A stretch of 64,000 bases of DNA. Source: Octopus sinensis. Its lineage: Eukaryota. The notes under the pieces are model-generated. The model was not told the origin of the DNA and ran no database searches. It saw nothing but the letters and a program-made list of their open reading frames with translations. Positions within the stretch are counted from its first letter, which is position 1, and every line of letters begins with the position of its first letter. The stretch covers positions 163,246,001-163,310,000 of the forward strand of contig NC_042997.1 in NCBI RefSeq assembly GCF_006345805.1, read 5' to 3'. This document shows positions 27,172-40,500 of the stretch, piece after piece. The translations under genes were made by a program, and so were the position numbers.

Positions 27172-30100
27172 GTAATCTTTATATATATATATATATATAT
27201 TTTTTTTTTCACTTGTTTCAGTCATTTTGACTGTGGCCATGCTGGAGCACCGCCTTTAATCGAGCAACTCGACCCTGGGACTTATTCTTTGTAAGCCCAG
27301 TACTTATTAAATGATGATGATTTTATGTTCAAGCACCAGGTTTATATGAAAGGTATTTTACTAAATTCTTGATTATTTTCAAAATTAATTAAAACAAAAG
27401 TCTCACAGAAATGTGGTAGCAAAAAAATTTAACATTTTGGGTGAGTTTCTTTGCCAGAGAAATATTAAATGTACATTTTATCTTTCTCCAAGAAAGATCC
27501 CTACCTCACACCTTATCATCTTTTTGTACTTATTATTTGCTGATGCAGACCACTATTTTTCTTGAATTCTACTGTTTCACTTTTTTTTTCTCAGACGTCA
27601 TCATAAATGGATAGAATACCTTGAGATCCCACCAAGGTCAGCTTTGTCTTTTGGCCTTTCAGGATTTCTCTTTTATTTTTTTCTCTTTTACTTGTTTCAG
27701 TCATTTGACTGCGGCCATGCTGGAGCACCGCCTTTAGTCGAGCAAATCGGCCCCAAGACTTATTCTTTGTAAGCCTAGTACTTATTCTATCGGTCTCTTT
27801 TTGCCGAACCGCTAAGTGACGGGGACGTAAACACACCAGCATCGGTTGTCAAGTAATGCTAGGGGGACAAACACAGACACACAAACATACACACATATAT
27901 ATATATATATATATATACATACATACATACGACAGGCTTCTTTCAGTTTCCATCTACCAAATCCACTCACAAGGCATTGGTTGGCCCGGGGCTATAGCAG
28001 AAGACACTTGCCCAAGATGCCATGCAGTGGGACTGAACCCGGAACCATGTGGTTGGTTAGCAAGCTACTTACCACACAGCCACTACTGCACCTATGTTTC
28101 ACTTCTTTTTATTTTTTCTCAACATCATCATAAATAGATAGAATACCTTTCAGGATTGATTAAAAAAAAAAGTACCAATCCAGTGAGGTGGATTGGTGGA
28201 ACTATAAGAATGTCAGACCAGATGCCTTGCACTATTTGTTCTAGCTTTTTGCATTCTGAGTAAAATTATACCTTTGTGTCTCGAAAGTACCCTCACCAAC
28301 CTTGCAACCCTAGACAGATAAGTAAGGCAAATCCTAGATACAAATGGCAGCACCAAATATATATTATAATTGTTAAGAATAGTATGTAGATTTAAGATTC
28401 TTTTATAAAGTTTTCTAAAATTTATGTTGAGCTAATATGATGTGTTGTAGCCTGTGATGGTGCACTATTAGCAATTGTTTTTTTTTATATTTTGAGGGAG
28501 CAAAAGGAATTTAAATATATTTGATTTCAGGAAGGGTCTAATAAAGAAGTGTTAATAAGACTTCTACAACCATTATCAGATGTAATTGTTTGCAAAAGAA
28601 TGTGAAGCCAACTTAAATCAATTATTTTCTCATTTTTAAGGTTATTGTATAATCATCATCATTTGATGTCCACTCTCCATGCTGGCGTGGGTTAGACAAT
28701 TTGACTGGAGTTGATGAGCCAGAGAACTGCACCAGGTTCTGTGGTTGGCACCATGTAGGCATGCTTTCTACAGCTGGATGCCCTTCCTAACGCCAACCAC
28801 TCCAGGAGTGTAATGGGCGCTTTTACATGCCTCCAGCATGGGTGCCATTTACATGACACCAGCAACCATTTACATGGCATTGGCAATGCCCATGACTACG
28901 ATGCACAGGTGCCATTTACATGACACCAGCAATGATTACAACTGCAATTCACAAGTGCCATTTACATGGCACCATTAATGACCATGACTCAGACAAGCCA
29001 TTTACATGGCACTACCAATGACCACAATTCTTGGGTATCATTTACTTCCGCAGATTAAATGAAACATATATGCATACACACACACACACACATTCTCATG
29101 TTTTGAGTTCTACTTTCCTCTCTGTATCACAAAATCTAGATATATATTTGTGCGTGTGAAGGCAGTTTCAAAAAACTTTAAGCAAACCACCTATCTTCTT
29201 TCTGGCAACTGACAAAAGTAAAGCCACTAAGTTGGTTAGCCGCAGGGTTTGCAGACCAATTGCACAACACATACAATCAAGTGGAGAATCATAGAAAAAT
29301 CCATGTCATAGATAAATCCATATTAATGGATCTAAGAATGATTGCATACTCTTTGTAGATCTAAGAATCCCACCATGCTACTTGAATACCAGATCTGAAG
29401 TTTTCTGCAATTACAAACATGTGGACAAATTTCTTTTAGTGAACTGGAAGTTTATCACTCTCTCTGGATTGAGCAGCTATCTCCATTGAATAATTCTAAA
29501 ACTAGCACTAATTTTTCTTTTTCCATTTTTATTCACCCTTCTACTTTTTGCAGCTTCCTTCTTTCCTTCCTTCCTATATATATATATATATATCATCATC
29601 ATAAATATATATATATATATATATATCATCATCATAAATATATATATATATATATATATATATCATCATCATAAATATATATATATATATATATATATCA
29701 TCATCATATATATATATAGATGGGTGGAGCACTACCAGGATCTCTACTCACGGGAGACCACAGTGGCTGAGGCTGCAGTCGAGAGTGTCAAGATCTTGCC
29801 AGTCATGTGCGAACTCGACAGTCTGCCATCTATAGCAGAGCTCACCAAGGCTGTTGACTCCCTAGCAAGAAATAAGGCTCCGGGAAAAGACGGCATCCCC
29901 TCAGAGATCATCAAAGCCGGCAAAAACACCATCCTGCTTCGGCACCTTCATGAGCTTCTGTGTCAGTGCTGGGAAGAGGGTACAGTCCCTCAGGATATGC
30001 GGGATGCTAACATCATTACGCTCTACAAAAACAAAGGTGACCGTGGTGATTGTAACAATTACCGTGGTATATCCCTTCTAAGCACTGTTGGAAAGACCTT

Positions 30101-33100
30101 TGCCCGCGTTATCCTGGCCAGGCTACAACTGCTTGCTTCTCGAATCTATCCGGAATCGCAGTGTGGCTTTAGAAGAAGCAGATCAACTATCGATATGATA
30201 TTCTCCATACGCCAACTTCAGGAGAAGTCCAGAGAGCAGAAAATGCCATTATATATGGCCTTCATTGTTCTAACAAAGGCTTTTGACTCGGTAAGCAGAA
30301 CAGGCCTCTTCCTCCTGCTCCAAAAAATCGGATGTCCACCAAAGCTGCTGAGGATCATCAAGTCTTTCCATGATGACATGCAAGGCACCATACAGCACAA
30401 CGGTTCAACATCAGCCGCCTTCCAAATAAAAAACGGGTAAAGCAAGGCTGTGTCCTCGCTCCTACATTGTTTGGCATCTTCTTCTCACTCTTGCTGTCAC
30501 ATGCCTTTCAGACATCAGATGATGGAGTGTTTCTGCACAGTAGAAGTGACGGGAAACTGTTCAATCTCTCGCGCCTGCGTGCCAAGACCAAAATCAGAAA
30601 CGTCCTGATCAAGGAGATGTTATTTGCTGATGATGCCGCTCTGGTAACACACACAGAAGAAGCCCTCCAAAGGCTCATTAACTGTTTTGAGCAAGCATGT
30701 AACGACTTTGGCTTAGCTATCAGCCTTAAGAAGACCAACATCATGGGCCAGGCTACATCGGACATCCCAAACATACATATTGGAGACCACAGATTACAAG
30801 AGGTGGAGAAGTTTACCTATCTGGGCTCTACCGTCACCTACAACCTATCCCTTGACGCTGAGCTCAATATACGCATTGGCAAGGCAGCTGCTGCGATGGC
30901 CCAACTCTCCAAACGGGCTTGGGACAACAATAAGCTGACCAAGACCACAAAAATGAAGATCTACCAGGCATGTGCACTCAGCACTCTACTGTATGGAAGC
31001 GAGACCTGGACGCTATACACACGCCAAGAGCGTCGCCTAAACATCTTTCACCTGCGCTGCCTCCGAAAAATCCTCCACATCAAATGGCAGAATCATATCC
31101 CCAACAAAGATGTCCTCAGGCAAGCAGGAATACCAAGCATGTTTGCACTCCTCACACAAAGACGTATGAGATGGCTTGGGCATGTTAGCCATATGAAAGA
31201 TGGCAGAATCCCCAAGGACATACTCTACGGAGAGCTTGCTAGGGGTACTAGGTCTGTGGGTAGACCGATCTTGCGTTACAAGGATGTTTGCAAAAGGGAT
31301 ATGAAGGCCTGCAACATCAACATTAGCGGTTGGGAGGCAGTCGCCGGCAACCGTGGAGAATGGCGACGTACAGTAAAAGAGGGTATACAGAGGAGTGACA
31401 GAAAGAGAGAGGAGAAATGGAAAGAAAGGAAGAGACATAAACAAGAGACCATGGCACTACAATCAGCCAGGAACAGTCTTCGCTACATTTGCAGTACCTG
31501 CCAGAGGAGTGTTTGTCCAGGATAGGACTACACAGCCACAGCAAGAAATGTAACAGGAAATAAAATATAACAGCCGGACTAGACCTAGAAAAAAAAAAAA
31601 AAAAAAATGCGCAACTCCATTGTCTCCCGAGACAGAAAGGATGCCAAACAAACATATATATATATATATAATATATATATATATATTTACAAGTTATATG
31701 TATATTACTGCAACTACAAAAATTATCTACTTAGACTTAGTTATGTAATGACCATTTGGAAAATTTGAAAATATATTTATTTTAACAGATGTTGCCTGGT
31801 CTAAGAATTGTTCAAGTCCCACTTCAAGTCGCTCATTTATAAGAAATAAAGCTTTGTCTGTGTCTAATTCTAACTCAAGCTTGGCCTCGTCAACATCAAC
31901 ACTGACCCATTCTGTTGTAGAAACAACAGAATTTACAGCTGCACAGCTCTGCCAGTTAGGTAAGTAACATTGTATTGTCAGAGATTATGGAAGTGTAGTA
32001 GGTAAGTCATGTCTGGGTTTCACTGTTTCTTCATTGCTGTGTAAAACATATAAGGATTGGAGGCTTCTACTATTAGTTTGCAACAGGTACAATGTCTCTC
32101 AAAACTGATAATACTTGGGGTTGCTCTTTCTAACAGGAATACTGTGGCCATTGTAGTTTATGCTCTCATACACCCTTAAGTGCCAACAGCATTAAGATGG
32201 TTTTTTTGAAATTCTCAACTATGGTCTCTTGCATAAAGAAGCCTGTGTGACACCAGTCTTAGTTGATCATGTTGATAACAGCACTTGACTGGTATTTAAT
32301 TTATCTGCTTTGGAAGGATAAAAGGCAGATTAGATTCTTAAAAGCTAGGAAAAGTACTTCAAGTTATTTTGTTTGATTCATTACTTATTCTTCTAATCTA
32401 CTGCTTTGGAAGCTTTCAAACAGAATAATTAATCACCATAAATTTTTGAGCAGTTCCTGCTTATCAACAACCATCATTTTCTGTCACAACCCAGTTCAAG
32501 ACCTATTAAGCGAATACTGATGCTTTTACCAAAAGAATTGAGTGAAATGAAATGAAAGGTCCCAAAGAGCATTAAGTGAAGTAAAATCATTCCAGTTGAA
32601 GAGAAACTGTTCCAGTTGAGATCCAAAACCAAATTTATGTGATAGATCCAATGTCATCCTTGACAGAATTAACTCATATCTGAGCTGTCAATCTGTAGCA
32701 AGTGATTGAGCCTCTTCATCCTGATGGATGTGAAGGGTGCCAGTGCATAAGATAGCTCTTCAGGCCAAGGGTGGTATAGAAGAGCTTGGGCCATTTATCA
32801 CAGGGGGTGCCTAATGTTTAGCCCACTTTAATACCACCACTTGGTTCTTGAGTATCTTTTAGCAGATTTCAATCTGCTACAAACAATCAGATTAAGTCTG
32901 AGAATTACTTGATATCTTCATGTGTTACTTCATATTTCAGCAATCCTTGAGTCACACTTTCTTCCTCCCTTTTCCCTACCAGTCTTGGAGGCTCTGTAAA
33001 AAGATCATGGCTGCTTCCACTTCAAGTTACTCACTATATTCTGCAGTAACAAACAACAAGGATTGCTTTTGGTTCTTTTTGTGACCTTTTAGTAGCAGTG

Positions 33101-36100
33101 CTGTCATTATTTATAACTGGTTTCTGTGATTAAACAAACTTAACGAACATAATTAAATGCTCTGTTTAATATACATCTTATATATACTACGATATGTAGT
33201 TCAGGGAAGTAAAATAGCTGTATTGATAGTGCTAACAGTTCATAGATTTTGCATTCACCATAGGAAATTTGTTATAGATATACTTGATATACTTAATTGT
33301 ATGTACCTCAGTAGAACTAATTTTTGGAAACAGTAACCAGATGTTATAGGAATATTACCTGTGATAGACGATCCTTTCCAGGAGATATTTTCATCTTTTT
33401 AGCACAATGGTCTCACCTTGTAAGTCTTTGTAGTTAGTGACAGTAGCTTACTAGAAGAAATGTAAGTGAAGTACAGTAATAAAACATAAATGATTGATCT
33501 AGTAAAATTATATTTATCTCGGTGAAATTAATGATCTTGTTTTTTATTTTTATGTTTAATTGAAGGCCTAGTTTATTTCGTTTCTCATTGTATCCTTGAT
33601 AAAATATTTTCAATATTTATTTTTTTTCAATTAGACAATCAGATAAAGAAATCACTTGTAGCTATATCTTCTATTGATATTTTTAAAGTTCTTTTCGTCA
33701 TTATGGCACTTTCTTGACTATTCTTTCAATCTTACTATATATTACCTAATTTCTAAGCATTGTTTGATATTATTTTTATCTGCCTATCTTCATTATTTGT
33801 CTAGCTTCATTGGTTCAAATACTTGTTTAAATATTTCTTTTTACAGGGCTTGAAAATTTAGACATGGCAATTTCACACTGGGAAGATGCTTTAGCTAAAC
33901 TTTCCTTTCTAGATGCTGAAGATTCTTTGGACCAATTAGCTATTCCGGTATGTTTAACCAATTGCAGTAATGTTCTCGTACTAAAGTAAATGAAAAAATT
34001 AGTTATGTCTTTAAAGTTTAATGATCAACATTTTATTCAGATGGTTTACACCTACAGTATTTATTGAATTGAATGCTTATTTGGTTTAGTTCTCTGTATG
34101 AAATATATTAATAGATGTAGGCAAGGATGTGTGGTAAGTAGTTTGCTTTTCAACCTCATAGTTCTGGGTTCAACCTCACTGTGTGACGCCTTGGGTAAAT
34201 AAGATTTTGTTGTTCGAATTTATCTGCACTAAATCTCTTATACTTCAACAATACATAAAATATTAAAATTTTTTTTTTATGCACTTCCTAATAATATTTA
34301 ATTATAAAAATATAATAGAATTTGGGTAAAATAGGAATCAAAGGGATCCATAGGTATAAAAAAAAAGGGGGTTGAGAAACACTGAGTTAATGTTTTAATG
34401 TGAACTTTTAAAACTTAAATATTGATTGCCTAATAATTTAGAAAGGTAATTGATAATAATTGTGAAAGTGCTCTTTTAAACATCTCCATTTCTGCCAATT
34501 TGCCATTTATTCTTGCTTAAAGACTATCTCTGAAAATGGTCTCATTCCATTGCATCCATTTACACTATTACTTTTGGTTTATTCACTAAAGAAAATATAC
34601 TTACTATTTACCGTTATCATATTCTGTGCTTGAGGAGACCTATTGAGTCAAGTACATAAACATCAAAATTAAAATCAAATGGAAATTGTAGTTGTGATAC
34701 CCGTGCTGGTGGCACCTAAAAAACACCATCCAAATGTGGCTGATGCTAGCGCTGCCTTGACTGGTGTCCGTGCCGGTGGCACGTTAAAAGCACCAACTGA
34801 TCGTGGCCGATGCCAGACTCCCCTGGCACCTGTGCCGGTGGCACGTAAAAAGCACCCACTACACTCGTGGACTGGTTGGCGTTAGTAAGGGCATCCAGCT
34901 GTAGAAACACTGCCAGATCAGACTGGATCCTGGCTTCCCAGACCCCAGTCAAACTGTCCAACCCATGCTAGCATGGAAAACAGATGTTAAACAATGATGA
35001 TGATATTTGGGGGAAAATATTTTTCAGTTGAATATTAAAATAGCTAATCCGTTTCAGTAATAATATTGGTGTAATATTTTCTTTTAAGAAAATATATTTA
35101 CTGTTCAGAATTATCATAATTAGAAAATTTGTGAATGCATGTGGTTAAAGTATTCAGCTCACAATCATAAGATTGTGAGTTCAATTCCTGGTGGCATGTT
35201 TTGTCCTTGAGCAAGATGCTTTATTTCACATTGCTCCAGTCCACTCAGCTTGCAAAAGTGAGTTGTACCTGTAATTCAGAGGGCCAACCATGTCACACTC
35301 TGTGTTATGCTGAATCTTCCTGAGAACAATGTGAAAGGTATGCACATCTGTGGAGTGCTCAGCCACTTGCATTTTAATTTTCTGAGCAGGCTGTTCTATT
35401 GATCAGATCAACAGGAGCCCTTGTCATCATAATCAATGGAATGCCAGTTTTTTGCTTTTTTATTTTATTTGGAAAATTCAAATTGTACAACTGTTAATAA
35501 TAATTTTCATTTAAAGATCTAAACCAAACATTAAAATCTCTGATCAGTTCAATAATAATAATGTAATACACTTTAAATGTTCTTCCTTTAATGTTATTGT
35601 TTATAGTTAAGTGATTGGTATTGTTTGACTTCTTCTGTATATTCTTTGTTTTCTTTCCCATTTCAAAAAAAAAAAAAATTTGATAATTTAGGACACAGAA
35701 ACTAGTGTTTTGCAACATCAGTTAGAAAATTTGCTTGAGCTAGCACTCCGTATGCAAGATGGCTTTGAACGTTCATGTGAACGACAAGCTGACCAGGCAG
35801 CTCTCGAATCAGCACTTGCTGCATTTGCAGAGATTGACAGAATTCGTTCAGAGAAGCAATATTCTACCGATCTGGAGTCATCTGAAGACCAAGAGTCTTT
35901 TGTTTCAGCAACTGACGTGAGTTTTGTTTCAGTATCTTTACACATTTCATAATCATTTAAGATAATAATTAACTTATTGTATAGTGTTCAGGTGCACTAC
36001 AACCCATGAACAGTGAAAAGGTCTTAAGGTGAAAAATAGATATTTTTTTCCCTTTCATATTAATAGTTTCCCCTTACACACCAAAACAACATTTAAATTC

Positions 36101-37467
36101 ATGTGCTAATGGAGCGCTAAGGGTACCATATGAGTAAGATCGTTGCCAGAGCAACAAGCTGGCCTTCGTGCTGATGGCACATTAAAAACACCATTCGAGT
36201 GTGATCATTACCTGCATCACCTTAGTAGCACTTGTGCTGGTGGCACGTGAAAAAACATTCGAGCGAGGTCATTGCCAGTGCCGCTGGACTGGCTCCTGTG
36301 CAGGTGGCACATAAAAAGCACCATTTGAGCATGGCCATTGCCAGTACCACCTGACAGGCCCTCGTGCCGGTGGCATGTAAAAGCACCCACTACATTCTTG
36401 GAGTGTTTGGCATTAGGAAGGGCATCCAGCTGTAGAAACTCTGCCAGATCAGATTGGAGTCTGGTGCAGCCATCTGGTTCACCAGACCACAATCAAATCA
36501 TCCAACCCATGCTAGCATGGAAAGTGGACGTTGAACAATGATGATGATAAGGGGTAAACTAGAGTTGGCCTTGTGTGGTTAGTCTTTTGTTTAAAGTGTT
36601 GAAATTTAATATCTGGAAATGTTTGAGTGTTGAATGTTATGATTTCAGATGATAATAAGTAATCCTGTTTGTCCATTTGTTCTAATGACTAACCATTCTT
36701 AATTGTAATTATTGCAGATGGCTGACTTGACTGATGTTGATACTTATAGAGATTTATTCAAACGACTGCCCCTATATGAAGCAGCACTTCAAGAACACAA
36801 ATACAATGGGATTGCCTATCGCACTATTCGGTAAGTAAGCACGTTCATTGGTTCACAGTGGAATTATGGGTTCACATTTCAAGACTGACATTGCATTGTA
36901 TACATGAGTGAGACACTTTCCTTCAATGCTTCAAATTAAAGAGGGAATGAATATCAGAAGTTGAGAAACACTAATGAATTGCCTCAACAACCTTAAAATT
37001 GTTAGAAGACAGAGTCAAGCTTTAAAACAGTTTATTGTTTTATTTTATTTTATTTTTTAATTATTGATTGGTCTCTCTTTGATTCTTGTTGGCATGGCAT
37101 TTATCTTTTTACAGAACGCATATGGTAGGTTGTTTGAAAGATGCTGAATTTCTTGCTAAACTGCATTGTCTTCGAGAAGGATTTAATGTAAGTATAGGGT
37201 TTTTAAAAAATTTCATTTGATGTCCAAGTAGGGAATTGTATATGTCATTTAGAAAATGTAGTCATTAACTTCTACTACTGAATATTAAGCAAAATTGTAG
37301 CTGACAGGTAATTGTAGTCATGGCTGTGTGGTTAAGAAGTCCACTTCCCAACCATGTGGTTTCTGGTTCAGTCCTACTCCATGGCACCTTGGATAAGTGT
37401 CTTCTATGACCTCAGGTCAATCAAATCCCTGTGAGTGAATTTGATAGTTGGAAATTGAAAGATGCCC

Positions 37468-37502
<35 letters not shown>

Positions 37503-40500
37503 TTCTTTGTCTTGACATTGTGTAACAGTAGTAAACAAGCATCACCATCATACAAGTTGTGTCCTTCATTTCCAATCATCTGTAGGACATGTCCAACAAT
37601 AAGGGCATTACTTTGTTTGGGAACAGGTGAGGGCTGACTACAGGAGGAGCATCAAGCCATAGATTATCTTCCTCAGTGAATTCTGGCAACTCATGTAAGC
37701 ATGAAAAAATGGATATTAAATCAATGATGATAATAATATAATGGAATTATTATGTACAGTTCTCAGCTGCACTGTAGCTCATCAGAAAAAGTAACCAAAA
37801 AGGCGGTGAGCTGGTAGAAACGTTAGCACTCCAAGCAAAGTGCTTAGCAGTATTTCGTCTGAGTTACGTTCTGAGTTTAAATTCCGCCGAGGTCAACTTT
37901 GCCTTTCATCCTTTCAGGGTCGATAAAATTAAGTACCAGTTATGCACTGGGGTCGATGTAGTCGACTTAATCCATTTGTCTGTCCTTCTTTGACCCCTCT
38001 GTGTTTAGCCCCTTGTGGGCAATAAAGAAATAAGAAAAAGTAACCAAAACTGCATAGAATATGCACAGGAAGTGAACAATGAGTAAGTCTTAAAAAAAAA
38101 TGAGTGTTGGAGAGTATCAGGTGTATTATTGGTAAATTTCAGGAAGCATGGAAGTTTTGAAGGATGTAGTTTCTCAACTGCTAACAACTGATGCAGGTAG
38201 TTTATTCTATGCTTCAGCAATTCTGAGCAAGAAAAAATGTTTCTTAAAGTCATCGGTGCTGTGTTGTTTTTTGGTTTTATAAGCATGTTCATGAGTGTTA
38301 GACATGGAATTCGAAAAATTACCCAATGTTGTTGTTGGAAAGATGTTGGATAATTTTGTTGGTGTCTACTAAGTCTATTGCCAAACAGATGAGAATGATG
38401 ATTAGATAGCCAGAAGACCCTAAAAGCATATGTAAAAGCTTACTTTCAGAGAAAATTGAGTTTTTTGGTGGGGGTGTAGGATATTTTATTTTATCACTTA
38501 CAATTCATTTATTTTTTAAATTAATGTATGTATCTGAATTAGTGTTTTTATCCAGTTGTATAGAATTAAGGTAGTAAGAGAAACTGCTTTATGATGCAGA
38601 TAAGCAAATAGAAATAAATGTTAATCTATGTTGTACTATCTATCACTTTGTATTTAGAAATATTAAAAGTAGTTTGTGTCATTGTGTTTATACCTACACA
38701 TAAGTACATATAGTCATATATATATATTGGTTCAATGTATTTAAATACTAGCTTAAAAATAATTATTGTATGTTTTTCATCATGCTAAATAAAAAAAATG
38801 TTTATGTATTTTTTTTTCAGATTGTTTTCAAAGACGTGGAAACTAGAAGATGGTTACAAGAAATGGGATGTAACATAATAGCAGGATTGTTACAGAAAGC
38901 CGATAGGGTTAGTGTATATATCAGTCAGAAACTTATATTATAAACTAACATGTTTTCTTTGCTAGTAGTATGTCTGTATGTGTTAATTTTCATGTTGCCT
39001 GAAACCAATACAGAGTGGAAAAGGTTCCAAGTTTGGAAACAACTTCTTTAGTGCTGGTCACCTGGACTGCTCTGGTGCTTTCAGCAACAATAGAAAAAGC
39101 ATCTGATTGTAAAATGCATGCTTAAGTTTGAGGTATTTGGGAAATGTCTTTTAGACTCATTCCCTGCATTGAAGCAGTAGATGGAAGTGCTATAATAATT
39201 ACCTGTCTCCCTCTGACTGTCTTTCTCTCTCTTTCAAACAAATCTAAGTCCCTGATATGAAAACGAAATTTTAAGAACTTGAATAAAATGGGCTTGTCCA
39301 TCATATTTCTGTAATGAAGCCATGGACTAGCAAATATGAAGTCCTCTTCATATTTGCATCTAAAATTTTTCTTTTAATTACAGGATACTGAAGAGTTCTA
39401 CCAGGCTTATCAAGATATGATGGACTACATCAATGATGATAGCCATCGGTTACAGATGGAGGAAGAACTTAGAGAAAAAGGAGTGAGTGCAAACATTGAT
39501 TCTAACTTATGTAATTTCATTCTTATGTATGTCACATCTTATGTACCTCAATTATATTTTCACTAAAATAATCCATTCATCTAGATAATTTTTATTTTCA
39601 ATGTGTTTGGTGAGATGGATGTGGTCAATGTTCTTGAAAAGCTGGAAGTTGAGGATTGGAATTCTCAATCATTACATATTTTTCCTGCAGTGATCCCATG
39701 TCCTAGGACGAAGGACTGAGTATAGTAGTTAGTACAATCTGGAGTAGTGGATACAGTGTCAGTGATAAAAGGAGGAAAGATAAGTGACTCAATATCTGAA
39801 TGAAGGTAGCATGAGACAAACCATTTCTGAGGAGACAGCATATCTGTGCAGAAGCTGGAATGTTGTTAGTTTCCCTAAAACATCAGCTGTTTTAAATTTT
39901 TACTTGACTCTCCACAATCAAAGGTATCCATTAATGAAAGTATTACAAGGGAAAAGGTGGGAATTGTGATGTATTTCTTTCTAATGTAAATTATTCAAGC
40001 ACAAAACTGTGAGTTTCCTAAGTACACAACATAATTACTTTACTGATGTACTAATTCTAACTAATACAATATTCAATTACTACATCTATTTTGATAAAAT
40101 AATTTGTAGCTATTTGAATATTGAGGTTATGTATGAGAGAATTAATTTTGACAATTTAACCCTTTCGTTACCAAACCGCCCAAACCCACCCGTATTTACC
40201 TATTCATATTTAAATGAGAATATCAGAGCAAATCTCTTTAGTACATTCGTGAAAACAAGTGATTATACTTCGTAAACAGTTCATCTACAGTTTTGTACAA
40301 CGATCGAAGTGTAATTTTAATACCGTGAATTTTGGGAGATTTTTTTCTGAAATTTGTTCCTATTGTATTTTCAAAATTTGTAATTCTGACAAAAAATGGA
40401 TACGAATTTCATTATATCAAGCAGTGAGTCAGAATTCGAAGGATTTTCTACTGAAGACCTTGATAAATCTAACTCTATGACTGAAAAAAAAAAGCACGTG

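Noticed and set aside
28840-29045. Repeat-spacer-like arrays (also 41707-41918) as CRISPR
   Set aside because: Eukaryotic context, no unique spacers, no cas genes; these are tandem or internal TE repeats
29724-31525. The two longest ORFs (238 aa and 352 aa) as host genes
   Set aside because: They are frameshifted halves of an RTE reverse transcriptase
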